DNA of 64,000 nt, from NCBI RefSeq assembly GCF_035565795.1, contig NZ_DATMRV010000200.1, positions 496 through 64,495 of the forward strand. Direction: 5' to 3'. The notes beneath the pieces were generated by a model, which made no database searches, was not told the DNA's origin, and worked only from the letters and a program-made list of their open reading frames with translations. Position numbers and translations under genes: made by a program. This stretch comes from Pseudorhodoplanes sp. Lineage in GTDB: Bacteria > Pseudomonadota > Alphaproteobacteria > Rhizobiales > Xanthobacteraceae. Numbering within the stretch: position 1 is the stretch's first letter; each line of letters opens with the position of its first letter. Below are positions 38,020 through 47,926 of this stretch, in pieces.

Positions 38020-39156
38020 TCAGATGGAAGGGACCAGACGATCGTATATTTGTTGCAACGCAGATACGTGAGCCGCGTCAGAGAACCGACGATATGCGCT
38101 CTCCAGCGCGCAGTTGGTGATCGCAACCCTACGCGCATCGTCCCGAAGGATTATCTCAGCCATATCCGCGAACGCCTTCACCTCACCTGGAGGAACGAGA
38201 AAGCCATTCTCTTCATGACGAACGATGTCGACGTGTCCGCCGACGCGCGAAGCAACCACTGGCGTCTCGACAAGCATCGCCTCGACCAGTGACCGGCCAA
38301 AACCTTCGAACTCGCTTGGAGAAACCAGGACATCCATGCCGGACAAGTATTTCTCGACCGGATATCGAAAGCCGAGAAAATGCATGCGATCGCCGACGCC
38401 GCGCACCCAAGCGTATTCCTTGAGTTCATTCTCCAGACCTTCGGGATCCGCGCCCAGAAGCACACCATGCACCGGCCTATCGAACCGGCGCTGCAGTTCC
38501 GCCACCACATCGATGCAGATGTCAGCACGCTTGTACCGGACAAGTCTGCCAACCGATCCCAGCACCACGCTACTATCGGGCGCCCCAATCAACGACAGCA
38601 GGGCCGTCCGCTGTTCAGCCTTGTTGAAAGTCGTTTCCTGCCTGAACGGGTTGTAGACGACCTCCACATTTCGCCGCATCGGACCGAGCGCTTCCGCGAC
38701 GGGATCGGAGATCGCGATTGTCTCGTTTGCCAGATACGGAATCGCCTTCCAAAGCATCGAATTGGACGCCGGCGTAGTGCGCTGATGCCAAACCATCTTT
38801 GCGCCGGATAATTTCGCAGCCAAAGGCCAGGTCAGGTTCATTCTGAGATCATTAGCGTGAACAATATCGATGCGGCGCTCTCGAATGAAGCGGCTCAATT
38901 TCGGCGCAGCTTTCAAAGCGGAGCAAACAATATCGAGCAGACGGGGCGTTGCTCCGGCAAAGGCATTCAGCGGCAGCGTGATGAATTCGAATTGCCGTTG
39001 ACGAAGATGTTCCGCAAGAGGCCCCTCCGTATGCAGGACAATCATCGGCTCGAACCGGCTTCGATCGAGCCCTTCGATCAGCAAAAGGGTAGACAGGTGC
39101 GCGCCGCCAACGGAATCCCCGACGAAAGGAAAGCAGATACGCCGTGTCGCGCTCAT
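38020..39156 (-). CDS. Glycosyltransferase family 4
   Basis: VGGAHLS, DIVHAN, VGRLVRYK, PSEFEGFGRSLVEAM. Confidence 0.92.
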   Translation of the reverse strand: MSATRRICFPFVGDSVGGAHLSTLLLIEGLDRSRFEPMIVLHTEGPLAEHLRQRQFEFITLPLNAFAGATPRLLDIVCSALKAAPKLSRFIRERRIDIVHANDLRMNLTWPLAAKLSGAKMVWHQRTTPASNSMLWKAIPYLANETIAISDPVAEALGPMRRNVEVVYNPFRQETTFNKAEQRTALLSLIGAPDSSVVLGSVGRLVRYKRADICIDVVAELQRRFDRPVHGVLLGADPEGLENELKEYAWVRGVGDRMHFLGFRYPVEKYLSGMDVLVSPSEFEGFGRSLVEAMLVETPVVASRVGGHVDIVRHEENGFLVPPGEVKAFADMAEIILRDDARRVAITNCALESAYRRFSDAAHVSALQQIYDRLVPSI

Positions 39157-40832
39157 AGCGGCCGGCCCGCCCAATCGAGCGAATGACGCCCAAGATATTG
39201 TGCCGTCAGCCAGGACACAACGTTGCGATGGCTTCTGTTGGTCAGCGCCACAGTGAACCAAGACACCGCTGCGTATTTTCGCAGCGGATCCATGACATGC
39301 GCGAAAACTCGCTTCTCGAATTTGTGCCAGCTATTCGCGCCGAAGGGCGCACACGCGATCCGCACCGCGCCACGTATCGGCCTAAGCCATGCCGGAGTTA
39401 CCCAACGCGGCGCTGGCAGAAGGCTGGTCCAAACGCCACCCCAATTCGCCTCGACAAGGCTGTCTCTATAAAGCTTCTGGCCAAACTTAAGTGACATTGG
39501 CACCGACTGCCAGAAATCGAGATATTCGACGTCCCACAATGGTAAATGCCAATCCCATCCGAACACTTCGTACCCGCGCTGGTTTCCGAGCACGTATTTG
39601 CACTGACGGTTCTGAAATTCGAAAAACTCATAGAGTGCAAACGATAGGTCGGGATCGTCGAGCGGGGCATCGGCAGCGCGGAACTCGGACCAGACTGCCT
39701 GTTTGATGGCAGCGAGTGTGGTCGGCGTCTTGAGGTCGTCCCACAGGTCAAAATGCTTCGCAACCATGCAATCGAATATGAGGGCTTCGCGTAATTCACG
39801 GCTCATACCGTCGAGACACCCTGTCAGCCTCGCAGGAATATGATTGCCGGAAATAAAATCACCCGACTGACCGTTGACGATGATGCTGTCCTGCGGCGCC
39901 CAGTCCATGTGCCTGAGCTGCATGACAGGATACACATCCTGCTCGACAGGCGTCGCCACCAGATTGTCGGCCAAAGCCAGGTAACGCTGATAGTCAGCGG
40001 ACGCCCGTGCTGCACGAAACTCCGCTGTCGTGGTCGGCAGCATGTGCCACGGATAACCAAGCTTGCCAGCGATCCGCCGCGCTGCCTCCGCTTCGTGATT
40101 CCCGGGCCTGCCATACGAGAAACATACGACATCGCGGCAACCTAGGTGCTTGAGACCCGACGCGATCAGACGCGAGTCCAGCCCAGCACTGAGTGGCAAA
40201 AGAATTCGCCTCCCGGCGGCCCTCGCCACAAGTTTTTCGAGAACGTGAGCGGTACCGTCGAGCAAATTGGCTCGCCACGCTTCTGCGCTCACGCCACGCT
40301 TGATCAACCATGGACGATAAAGCGCGTAACGCTCAGTGCTTGGAACGTCTCTTCCTTCAAAGACTGCAAACTGACCGGGCAGCAGCGCGGAGACCTTACG
40401 GTACAAGGTCCGGTCCGAGAGAACGTAGCCCGAGAGCGCTATTTCGTTCGCGCTCACTGCGTCAACGTCATTCACACCCAATTCAAGGCCGGCACGCACA
40501 GGCGCAGCATGATCGGACACAAGCCAGCGCCCTGAGCGATTGCGGGCGAACAATAGCGGAATGCTGCGTATCCGATCGACCGCAGCGATCGTGCGCACAC
40601 CATCAGACACAACGAACGCGAAATTGCCGTCCAGCGATGCGAGCCGACGCGCGACTTCCGCGCGCGAAAGCGACAATAATTCAAGGAGAAAGTTGGCCTC
40701 GCCACCCAACGCGCGCGAAGCAAAATGCCCCTTAAACGCGACGCTCGCCCCCTGCTCGTTCTTCGTTAGGCGCCAGCCGTAGTCATTGCCCAACAAAATC
40801 TGCGCCGAGTCCTCAACTTCGAATTCAGGCAT
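39153..40832 (-). CDS. Asparagine-synthetase-like ATP-dependent amide ligase lacking the N-terminal catalytic Cys
   Basis: LDGNFAFV..DRIRSIPL (Ntn remnant), PP-loop LPLSAGLDSRLI, NGQSGDFI, LPLWD. Confidence 0.82.
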   Translation of the reverse strand: MPEFEVEDSAQILLGNDYGWRLTKNEQGASVAFKGHFASRALGGEANFLLELLSLSRAEVARRLASLDGNFAFVVSDGVRTIAAVDRIRSIPLLFARNRSGRWLVSDHAAPVRAGLELGVNDVDAVSANEIALSGYVLSDRTLYRKVSALLPGQFAVFEGRDVPSTERYALYRPWLIKRGVSAEAWRANLLDGTAHVLEKLVARAAGRRILLPLSAGLDSRLIASGLKHLGCRDVVCFSYGRPGNHEAEAARRIAGKLGYPWHMLPTTTAEFRAARASADYQRYLALADNLVATPVEQDVYPVMQLRHMDWAPQDSIIVNGQSGDFISGNHIPARLTGCLDGMSRELREALIFDCMVAKHFDLWDDLKTPTTLAAIKQAVWSEFRAADAPLDDPDLSFALYEFFEFQNRQCKYVLGNQRGYEVFGWDWHLPLWDVEYLDFWQSVPMSLKFGQKLYRDSLVEANWGGVWTSLLPAPRWVTPAWLRPIRGAVRIACAPFGANSWHKFEKRVFAHVMDPLRKYAAVSWFTVALTNRSHRNVVSWLTAQYLGRHSLDWAGRPL

Positions 40833-41550
40833 CCGCACGCTCTGGCACTACGCCTGATTTCAAAATGGCCAACCCGGCTTCGCCGCCATGGTGAAACAGC
40901 AAATCGATCGACGACATATATTCCAGAAATTCTCCAGCACCCTGCTCGTATCGCGGATGCCGATAGCGATGATATTCAACGTCGACACCAGCCCGTGCGA
41001 AGGCATCCGATTCCTCGATATATTCTTGCGAACCCGGCGCCGAGAGATAACGATCCGCGCCGCAGGACTGACAGATCGCCGCGAGCGCGTCTGCTTTCGC
41101 CCCGTCATACTCGATGGCCGAACTCCTCATGACCGGGGTCTCGATGCCAAATTTCTGGCAGAGCCAACCCGATAGGGCGATTGTGTAGTCCGCCAGACGC
41201 TCCTCGCGACGAGTCAACAACGCATGGAGTTCTTCCGCATAACGGCGAAACTCCTTGGCCTTCCGGTAAGCCATTTCAATACTGCGCCAATGCGAATCGG
41301 AAAAATTCGTCGTCCAATCGATGCAGACGTCGGCGATCTTTTGATCGCGCCGCCCTTTGTTAAATGTCGGAATCGAGAGCAACAATTCGCCATGTGCAGA
41401 CTTGATCCGATTGCGGTGCTGCCATGATCGTCGAGCAAACTGCACGGTGTCGAGATAAACAAACATATCGACCCGATCGATCATCGCAAGATAACCGATC
41501 CAAGGCAGATACGTAGGTTGCATAATTGCGACGACGCGCGGTTCAGTCAC
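40825..41550 (-). CDS. wbqC: WbqC family protein (putative glycyl/aminoacyl transferase)
   Basis: MQPTYLPWIGY, LDTVQF, W.HRNRIK, YLSAPGS, SSIDLLF. Confidence 0.9.
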   Translation of the reverse strand: MTEPRVVAIMQPTYLPWIGYLAMIDRVDMFVYLDTVQFARRSWQHRNRIKSAHGELLLSIPTFNKGRRDQKIADVCIDWTTNFSDSHWRSIEMAYRKAKEFRRYAEELHALLTRREERLADYTIALSGWLCQKFGIETPVMRSSAIEYDGAKADALAAICQSCGADRYLSAPGSQEYIEESDAFARAGVDVEYHRYRHPRYEQGAGEFLEYMSSIDLLFHHGGEAGLAILKSGVVPERADA

Positions 41551-42599
41551 GCGATATCATCCCAGCTCAGGGGGCCGCCCACGACGACAGCGCGCCGCGC
41601 TCGCTTGCCGAGAATACTTTCGTAGTGCCGCGGATGCAGACCGCCGCCCGGTCGCACAACTGCGACGTTTCGATCGGTAAACGCCTCTCCGACCGCAATG
41701 TCAGCCCGCGCATAGAGCGATCGTCTCCCAACATCCCGGTTAACGCGTTCCGAGGACCGCATAATCTTGCGCCCATCGCCACGTGCGGCCTCTGCATCAC
41801 GGATCATCCGCACCATATCACGCATGACATCGGGCGCCGCCGAGAAGCGATGGTCCGGCCCCGACCTGTTAGGATCGTTGGTAATATGCTTTTCGATCGC
41901 GCACGCCCCGAGCATGACCGCCGCCAGCGGAATATGCGGACCGACCGTGTGGTCAGAAAAGCCGACCGGAAGACCGAATGCGCGCTTCATGGTGTCGATA
42001 GCAGCAAGGTTCACCTGATCCGGCTCCGATGGATATGATGAACAGCAATGCAACAAGACAATCGGACCAGCACCGCCGGAAGCGAGCACGTCGAGTGCCT
42101 CTTCGACCTCGGCCAGCGTCGCCATGCCGGTCGACAGGATAACCGGCTTTTTGGTCTGCGCCACTGCCTTAAGCAATGGAATATGGACGAGCTCGAAGGA
42201 CGCGATCTTGTAGACGCAGTTTCCCAACGCCTCGGTGAAATCCAGATCGCGTGGATCGTACAAGGTCGTGAAGGGTAGCAGCCCTAGCTCGACGGAGCGA
42301 TCAAAGATCGGCCGATGAAACTCCATTGGCATCGCGGTTTTCGAATACAATTCATAGAGATCGCGCGCGCCCCACACCGGATCGACCCGAAAGGTCGGAT
42401 GCACACTCCGGATCGTTAGCGATTCCGGCGAATAGGTCTGGAGCTTAATCGCGGAAAATCCGGCCTCCGCCGCCAGCTTCACGAGTTCGAGCGCCTGGTC
42501 GAGATCCTGATCATGGTTCGCACTGACCTCGGCGATGAGAAAAGCCGGAGCGCCCTCTCCGATCACTGCACTCGTCGACTGGTACTGCACATTGATCAT
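41547..42599 (-). CDS. pseI: Nonulosonic acid (pseudaminic acid) synthase
   Basis: IAEVSANH, KLQTY, KIASFE, ILSTGMA, LHCCSSYP, GFSDHT, IEKH, C-terminal SAF domain; in an operon with pseB/C/G. Confidence 0.88.
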   Translation of the reverse strand: MINVQYQSTSAVIGEGAPAFLIAEVSANHDQDLDQALELVKLAAEAGFSAIKLQTYSPESLTIRSVHPTFRVDPVWGARDLYELYSKTAMPMEFHRPIFDRSVELGLLPFTTLYDPRDLDFTEALGNCVYKIASFELVHIPLLKAVAQTKKPVILSTGMATLAEVEEALDVLASGGAGPIVLLHCCSSYPSEPDQVNLAAIDTMKRAFGLPVGFSDHTVGPHIPLAAVMLGACAIEKHITNDPNRSGPDHRFSAAPDVMRDMVRMIRDAEAARGDGRKIMRSSERVNRDVGRRSLYARADIAVGEAFTDRNVAVVRPGGGLHPRHYESILGKRARRAVVVGGPLSWDDIA

Positions 42600-43279
42600 G
42601 GCTGTGACTTCAGGTTCGCGCGCGGCGTCTGATCTGACACTCGCACGTAGACTGTGAACTCGAATGGTGGCGCAGAGGGCTTTAAGAGATAATCATGACG
42701 CAATGTGACAAGTCCTGACAAATTCTGCTTGCAGAATTCGAACACTCGGCCGGGATCCAGATAAACCAGCCCATCATCGAAAAAATCGACATAGGTTGAA
42801 ATCGCGTTGAACGCGATACCCTTTCGCGCTGCGGGCCGAAGCGCGGTCAGGATATCGGTCAGATAGGCGAAGCCATCGGCGCCTGGAACTCGATTGTTGA
42901 AAACACCGTTGATGAAAATGTAGTCAACGACCTCTCCAACCCCTGCCGATAGGACATCCCGGTTCTCAAATCGGCAATCGGGGAATTTAGAGCGAGCAAT
43001 CGCGAGCTGCTGGTCCGAGATATCGACGCCGACATATTTGCCCTTGAAGCCCGCTCGCTCCCTCAAAAAAGACAACAGTTCAGCCGTGCCGCATCCGAAA
43101 TCCAGCACGCTCGCCATCGGATCAAGGCCTATATCAGCGAGAATCGCAAAACGCGCCCAATGACTGGCCTTGTCGGAGTATTGCACCGCCTTCGGAGAGT
43201 CCGCGTGTTCATGCGCGAGCTTCGTGTAGTGAGCCCGCAAATAATCAATTTCCGCCCGATGGCCACTGTTAGTTGTCAT
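42596..43279 (-). CDS. Class I SAM-dependent methyltransferase
   Basis: SVLDFGCG, YVGVDIS, NGVFN, LRHDY; start MTTNS at an ATGA overlap. Confidence 0.88.
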   Translation of the reverse strand: MTTNSGHRAEIDYLRAHYTKLAHEHADSPKAVQYSDKASHWARFAILADIGLDPMASVLDFGCGTAELLSFLRERAGFKGKYVGVDISDQQLAIARSKFPDCRFENRDVLSAGVGEVVDYIFINGVFNNRVPGADGFAYLTDILTALRPAARKGIAFNAISTYVDFFDDGLVYLDPGRVFEFCKQNLSGLVTLRHDYLLKPSAPPFEFTVYVRVSDQTPRANLKSQP

Positions 43280-43884
43280 CTTTGACACGTAACCAGCCAC
43301 TCCGACTGGACCTGTTGCCCACCATTGTAGGTCGTGATGTACCGGTCGACATGCGTTTGCGCAAACTGTCCGGCAAACATCGCGTCTACCTCGGCCCGGG
43401 TAAACCCATACAGATCGTACGGAGTCGCAGCCCCAACCCTCATGTCGTCATTTGCCGCAAATAGCACCAGCGCTTGGCCTCCCGGGCGCAAGATGCGCGA
43501 TACTTCCGCTACCGCACGCGCGGCGACTACAGGGCCAGCCGATTCGGAAACACCCACACAGATGACGAGACCAACACTTGCATCCGGCTCGGCGACGCTC
43601 TCGGCCCCCTCAACGCGAGTAACGGCCTTCAGGCCCGAGTGGGAGAGCCGATCGCGTGTACGCGCGATCCCCACACTTGAAATGTCGGTCGCGACTACAT
43701 TGAAGCCCTCCCTCGCCAGAAACCAGGCGTTCACGCCAGTGCCGCAGCCGAGGTCCAGCGCGCGCGTCTGCCTCCGCACATGCGCGGAACACTTGCGGAA
43801 GCAAAACTGAACTACTTTTGTGGGAGGATAATTAGGCCCGCCCTGCTGATTCCAAGCGTCCCACTTTGCCCGCAGCTCGCTCAC
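43276..43884 (-). CDS. Class I SAM-dependent methyltransferase
   Basis: ALDLGCGTG, DIS, RILRPGG. Confidence 0.88.
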   Translation of the reverse strand: MSELRAKWDAWNQQGGPNYPPTKVVQFCFRKCSAHVRRQTRALDLGCGTGVNAWFLAREGFNVVATDISSVGIARTRDRLSHSGLKAVTRVEGAESVAEPDASVGLVICVGVSESAGPVVAARAVAEVSRILRPGGQALVLFAANDDMRVGAATPYDLYGFTRAEVDAMFAGQFAQTHVDRYITTYNGGQQVQSEWLVTCQR

Positions 43885-44942
43885 GACTCTCTCCCACGGG
43901 CTGTCTCGGCAAGTGCATGTGCGAGCCTGATCGCACCATCGGGAGGAACCCGTACGGGCCCGTTCCGGGCAAAGTCCCGTAGGGCCTGAGTGTCCGTCAG
44001 AAATTCGCTCAGGGCCCGCGTGATCACAGCAGACCTGTCCTCATTGTGTTGCAGATGAAGAACCTTGGCTATACGCAGGTCTGCGAACCGTTGAAAATAG
44101 TCCTTGTGTAACTCGTGCGGGATGATCAACAGGCACGGCAGTCCGAGGGCAGCACACTCATATCGGGTCAGGCCACCGGTTGTCACGACGACGTCGGCCC
44201 ATTGGTAATGCTCAGACAGCGACGCCGGCGAGCGAACGATCTCGACGTTTGGCGCATGCGCCGTCAGAGCAGCCTCCTGCTTCGCGGCAAAGTAAGGGCC
44301 GACGATAATGCGAAGGCGGTATTGGTCCCGGAGTTCGCTGTGCAGGTAACAATCAGCAACTTGCGTCGTTAACTCCGCCGGATCACTACCCCCCATCGTT
44401 ACCAGTACCCGGCGAACCGGGAATTGAATGTGACCTCGCAACGTCGCCGCCTGCTCGAGCCATGGTGCCAGCGGCGCATAGGTAGCGCCGGCAAGCCAGA
44501 GATCGCACCTGGGCCTTGGTCCCAACTCCACTCCCAGGTAAGGAGATGCGACAATGTCCGGACGAGCCAAACCGCTCGCATAACAAAGCTCGGCTACAGA
44601 GTCGATCAGCGCTACCGCCCTGCCGCGACGGTGATGTTCGTCAATCAGGCTAGCCACATAACGCTGGTGGTGGTTGTCACCAGAATGCATCAAATCGAGG
44701 ACAGCAAGATTGCAAACCGCCTCAGCCTCTTGAGTCGTCGTCGCATCGTCTTCGACGACTCGGAACGGAATGGCTTGTTCAAGGACGAACGGAACAACTC
44801 CCCCACCCCGCATCTTGATGGAGAGCTCCGCCGACAAACCTATCCTCCCGCATGCCTGAAGGAGGTAAATACATCGCAAGAGGTGCCCCACGCCGGTGCT
44901 TCCTCCGACATCACACCGGAGCACGATGTCCACGCCGCTCAT
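43881..44942 (-). CDS. pseG: PseG-like UDP-diacylamido-trideoxy-altropyranose hydrolase
   Basis: RCD...GVGHLLRC, VLVTMGGSDP, GGLTRYECAALGLP, DGAIR. Start uncertain (44942/44951/44966). Confidence 0.8.
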   Translation of the reverse strand: MSGVDIVLRCDVGGSTGVGHLLRCIYLLQACGRIGLSAELSIKMRGGGVVPFVLEQAIPFRVVEDDATTTQEAEAVCNLAVLDLMHSGDNHHQRYVASLIDEHHRRGRAVALIDSVAELCYASGLARPDIVASPYLGVELGPRPRCDLWLAGATYAPLAPWLEQAATLRGHIQFPVRRVLVTMGGSDPAELTTQVADCYLHSELRDQYRLRIIVGPYFAAKQEAALTAHAPNVEIVRSPASLSEHYQWADVVVTTGGLTRYECAALGLPCLLIIPHELHKDYFQRFADLRIAKVLHLQHNEDRSAVITRALSEFLTDTQALRDFARNGPVRVPPDGAIRLAHALAETARGRES

Positions 44943-45026
44943 CGCAATCATTTTCCGGCACTGCATCTGAGCAAACCGGCCCGCGTCGGCGCGGGGGTGA
45001 TGACTCTTGTAGAAACCACGTTAGGC

Positions 45027-45677
45027 TTATCGTCCGTCGAGGCTGAAATAGGACGCATCTTTACGGACAATTGTCAGATCCGGCGACCGCCCAAATACGA
45101 TCGCGCATTCGGGCACATCCTGATCGAGAATAATGCACCCGGCGGACACGATGACGTTGTCGCCGATTCTGCAGCGGCCCAAAATCATGGCGCCGGCCAT
45201 CATCTGCACATTCTTTCCAATCACCGGATAAATCGATTTGTTGTTGCCGACCGTGTTCTGCTGGCTGAACGAAAAATATTCGCCGTACCTCGCGCGGCCC
45301 AGCACCGTGCCGACGGGGTGATCGACGAAAAAGACAGACGGTAGTTCGACCTCATGGTAGATATCGACTGCGTTCAACATCTTGTTCAAGAAATAGACGC
45401 GGTCGGCCAGATCGGCCTGGCGCCCCAGGCTCAACGCCCGCGATAAAAAGTACAGGAAGATCGCATATTGTCCGCTGTGGAATGGCGAGAATTTCACTAA
45501 CTCGTCGTCACGGTAATATTTGTTTGGCGTACGCTCGAAACAGTGAACGACGCGCGCTAGAACGCCCGGAAGCAGTTCCACGATCAAGCGCTCTTCATCG
45601 CCACTCAGTTGGAACGTAGAGCGCAGTTGCTTGCAAACCAGATCTGCCAACTCGGCGCTATCCAGCCTCAATTTCAT
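45027..45677 (-). CDS. Left-handed beta-helix (serine-acetyltransferase-like) acyltransferase
   Basis: DHPVGTVLGRA, QNTVGNN, YPVIGKNV, IGDNVIVSAG hexapeptide repeats. Confidence 0.85.
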   Translation of the reverse strand: MKLRLDSAELADLVCKQLRSTFQLSGDEERLIVELLPGVLARVVHCFERTPNKYYRDDELVKFSPFHSGQYAIFLYFLSRALSLGRQADLADRVYFLNKMLNAVDIYHEVELPSVFFVDHPVGTVLGRARYGEYFSFSQQNTVGNNKSIYPVIGKNVQMMAGAMILGRCRIGDNVIVSAGCIILDQDVPECAIVFGRSPDLTIVRKDASYFSLDGR

Positions 45678-46345
45678 TGCGCGCATCGCCGTTCCGCCTC
45701 CAGCACCTCGCTCCAGGATGGTAATGACCTCTTTGCCTTCAGATGGGAATACAACGCCTGCAGATGCTGATAGTCATTCGCGGTATCAAGCACCCAGCGA
45801 GCAGAGACGCCAGGCCCCCGCAAATTGATGGGTCGACGAGCGTGCCGATGTATCCACGGCGTAACGTGCTCGCGATCGTAAGTTGACAAAGCCTCGCGCG
45901 ACGCATCTTCGAGACTTGCCTTCGGAAAAACCTCGCAATCCAGTCCTTGGGGCCAGCCAAACTCCTTGTCGATCGAGGCATAGTCCGATCCGCTGGTTCT
46001 ATAGTGCTGGATCAAATCGCCACAAAGCCGCGGGTCCAGCAGCGGGCAATCTCCCGTGATCCGGACGACGATCTCCGCGTCGACAAGCCTTGCGGCACCG
46101 ACGAAGCGGGCCAGCACGTCGGGAGACGAACCTCGATGGACGCGGTAGCCTTCCGACCGGCACAACTGAACGAGGCCATCGTCCTCCGGCAAATCGGTCG
46201 TCGCCAGAATCAGTTCTCGGCAGCCCTCAATGGCTCGGGCGCGCCGGAGCACCTGCAGCACGGAAGGCATACCACCCAGAGGGAGTAGCGATTTTCCGGG
46301 CAATCTGGAGGATCCCATCCGGGCCTGAACGATAACCACGGTCAC
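45674..46345 (-). CDS. SpsF-type cytidylyltransferase (probable CMP-Pse synthetase, PseF role)
   Basis: QARMGSSRLPGKSL, DVLARF, VRITGDCP, REHVTP, LDT..DY. Confidence 0.88.
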   Translation of the reverse strand: MTVVIVQARMGSSRLPGKSLLPLGGMPSVLQVLRRARAIEGCRELILATTDLPEDDGLVQLCRSEGYRVHRGSSPDVLARFVGAARLVDAEIVVRITGDCPLLDPRLCGDLIQHYRTSGSDYASIDKEFGWPQGLDCEVFPKASLEDASREALSTYDREHVTPWIHRHARRPINLRGPGVSARWVLDTANDYQHLQALYSHLKAKRSLPSWSEVLEAERRCAQ

Positions 46346-46357
46346 AATCGATCAACC

Positions 46358-47926
46358 CTATCCGGCACAGATAGCCCGAAAGTCTTCGGGAGACGTGGCA
46401 CATTCGCGCAATACGGCCTCGCGCAACTCGGCCAGGTTTATGCCAGGAACACCGCGCTCATCGTAGGTCGCATTGATGATTGCACAGCCTGACCGGATCA
46501 GACGCTCGCGGACTACGTCACCGATCGCATTGTTTCCGAGGTCGAGCAGAACAACCGCGATCCCGCTCGACATGGCCTTCCAGAATGTCGTTGTGTGAGC
46601 GTAATCAAAGACCGCGACGTCGCAGTTATCAAGTTCTTCTTCAAACAACGCGGTGCTCGTCGTGTAGTTCGATGCGAGCGGATGCGATTTCCCCAAGAGC
46701 AGCCCTTCAGGCGCGGGCTTGAGGACAAGATCAAGCTTCCATTCAGCGAGCGCTGAGGCGATCTGGTTTTGCCATAACAAATAGAGAGGATCAGGCAGAA
46801 AGGGAGGGTGAAACTGGCGTATACCCCTGAAAATGGTGGTGACGTAGAGAACGCGAGGCCGAGCCGAACGCGTGCGACGCCTCCGGACGACAGACCGAAA
46901 TGTCGGGTCGCCTACCCCGGCCATTATCTCGCAATCCGTCTTCATGCCCTTCATCAAGTCGTCCTGATAGATGGCCTTGGCTGCGGATGTATTCGCCACA
47001 TATGCGCTGCTGACGCAGAGTTCCATCAGATTGAAGGACTTGGGATCATGAACGAGCCCGACGCCTCCGCCATGGTCGAAGCGCCACGCCTCGCCCCCGC
47101 GCCGCAAGACCGTCAACCCAATGGCTCTGGATGACCATTTGCTGCCACTGCCGCTCCAGACGACTGACGGTAACGAGACGCCTTTCAGAGCCTCGAGGTC
47201 GCTCTGTGCGCGCGTGACCAGTGCCTCAACGCCCCGCCGCAAGAGTATTGCTGCTCGTTCGACGACTTTCGGCATGTCGTCGAGGCCCGGCTGCAAGCGC
47301 ACAAGAAACCATTCGGTAGCGCGGCGGGTCAGATCGGGGTCGGCACGCCCAGCCGACGCGTGCCGACGCAAGATATCGTCGCCGCGCCGAAAGGCGATAC
47401 CGAAATCACTGTGCAGCGCATATTCCTGCAATACCGGGTTGTGCGCAATCGCAACGGCGGAAGGCGCGAACATCGCTTTCAGCGCGGTTCGCGCCGTCGA
47501 CCACGTCAGACTGCGAACCGCGCTTCGTGCGAACGACTCTATTGAGCCCATCGCGCGCTCGCTCTTGGGAACCGTCAGCGACGCCGCGTCGATGTCCTCG
47601 ACGCGGCCGACGATAAAATCGAACAACGAGTGGCTTCCGGTCGTGGCCATGCCGGACATCGACTTATGCGCCAGAACGGTCGCTTCGACAACCGCGCATG
47701 CCCAGTGCACGCAGGTGGGCGCGGCGAGAGTCACGATGTCCGCGATATCCTTCTCGACATTGCTCAAATCAGTCTCGACCGACCAAAGCAATTTCACCAG
47801 GCGCGCGCGCGTATCGTCATAGGAAACTGGCCAATAGGCCGCACACATCCATTCGCTTCCGACCGTGGAATAGAGATCCAGGGGCAAGTCGGCGTCTTGA
47901 CGCAAGCGCATGTACTTCAACGTCAC
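46358..47926 (-). CDS. Hypothetical protein, GT-B-like C-terminus (candidate nonulosonate transferase)
   Basis: 522 aa between pseC and the cytidylyltransferase, GTGA-coupled; DHGG, KPAPEG, FD...TT...AM..G motifs. Function is inferred from context only. Confidence 0.6.
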   Translation of the reverse strand: MTLKYMRLRQDADLPLDLYSTVGSEWMCAAYWPVSYDDTRARLVKLLWSVETDLSNVEKDIADIVTLAAPTCVHWACAVVEATVLAHKSMSGMATTGSHSLFDFIVGRVEDIDAASLTVPKSERAMGSIESFARSAVRSLTWSTARTALKAMFAPSAVAIAHNPVLQEYALHSDFGIAFRRGDDILRRHASAGRADPDLTRRATEWFLVRLQPGLDDMPKVVERAAILLRRGVEALVTRAQSDLEALKGVSLPSVVWSGSGSKWSSRAIGLTVLRRGGEAWRFDHGGGVGLVHDPKSFNLMELCVSSAYVANTSAAKAIYQDDLMKGMKTDCEIMAGVGDPTFRSVVRRRRTRSARPRVLYVTTIFRGIRQFHPPFLPDPLYLLWQNQIASALAEWKLDLVLKPAPEGLLLGKSHPLASNYTTSTALFEEELDNCDVAVFDYAHTTTFWKAMSSGIAVVLLDLGNNAIGDVVRERLIRSGCAIINATYDERGVPGINLAELREAVLRECATSPEDFRAICAG

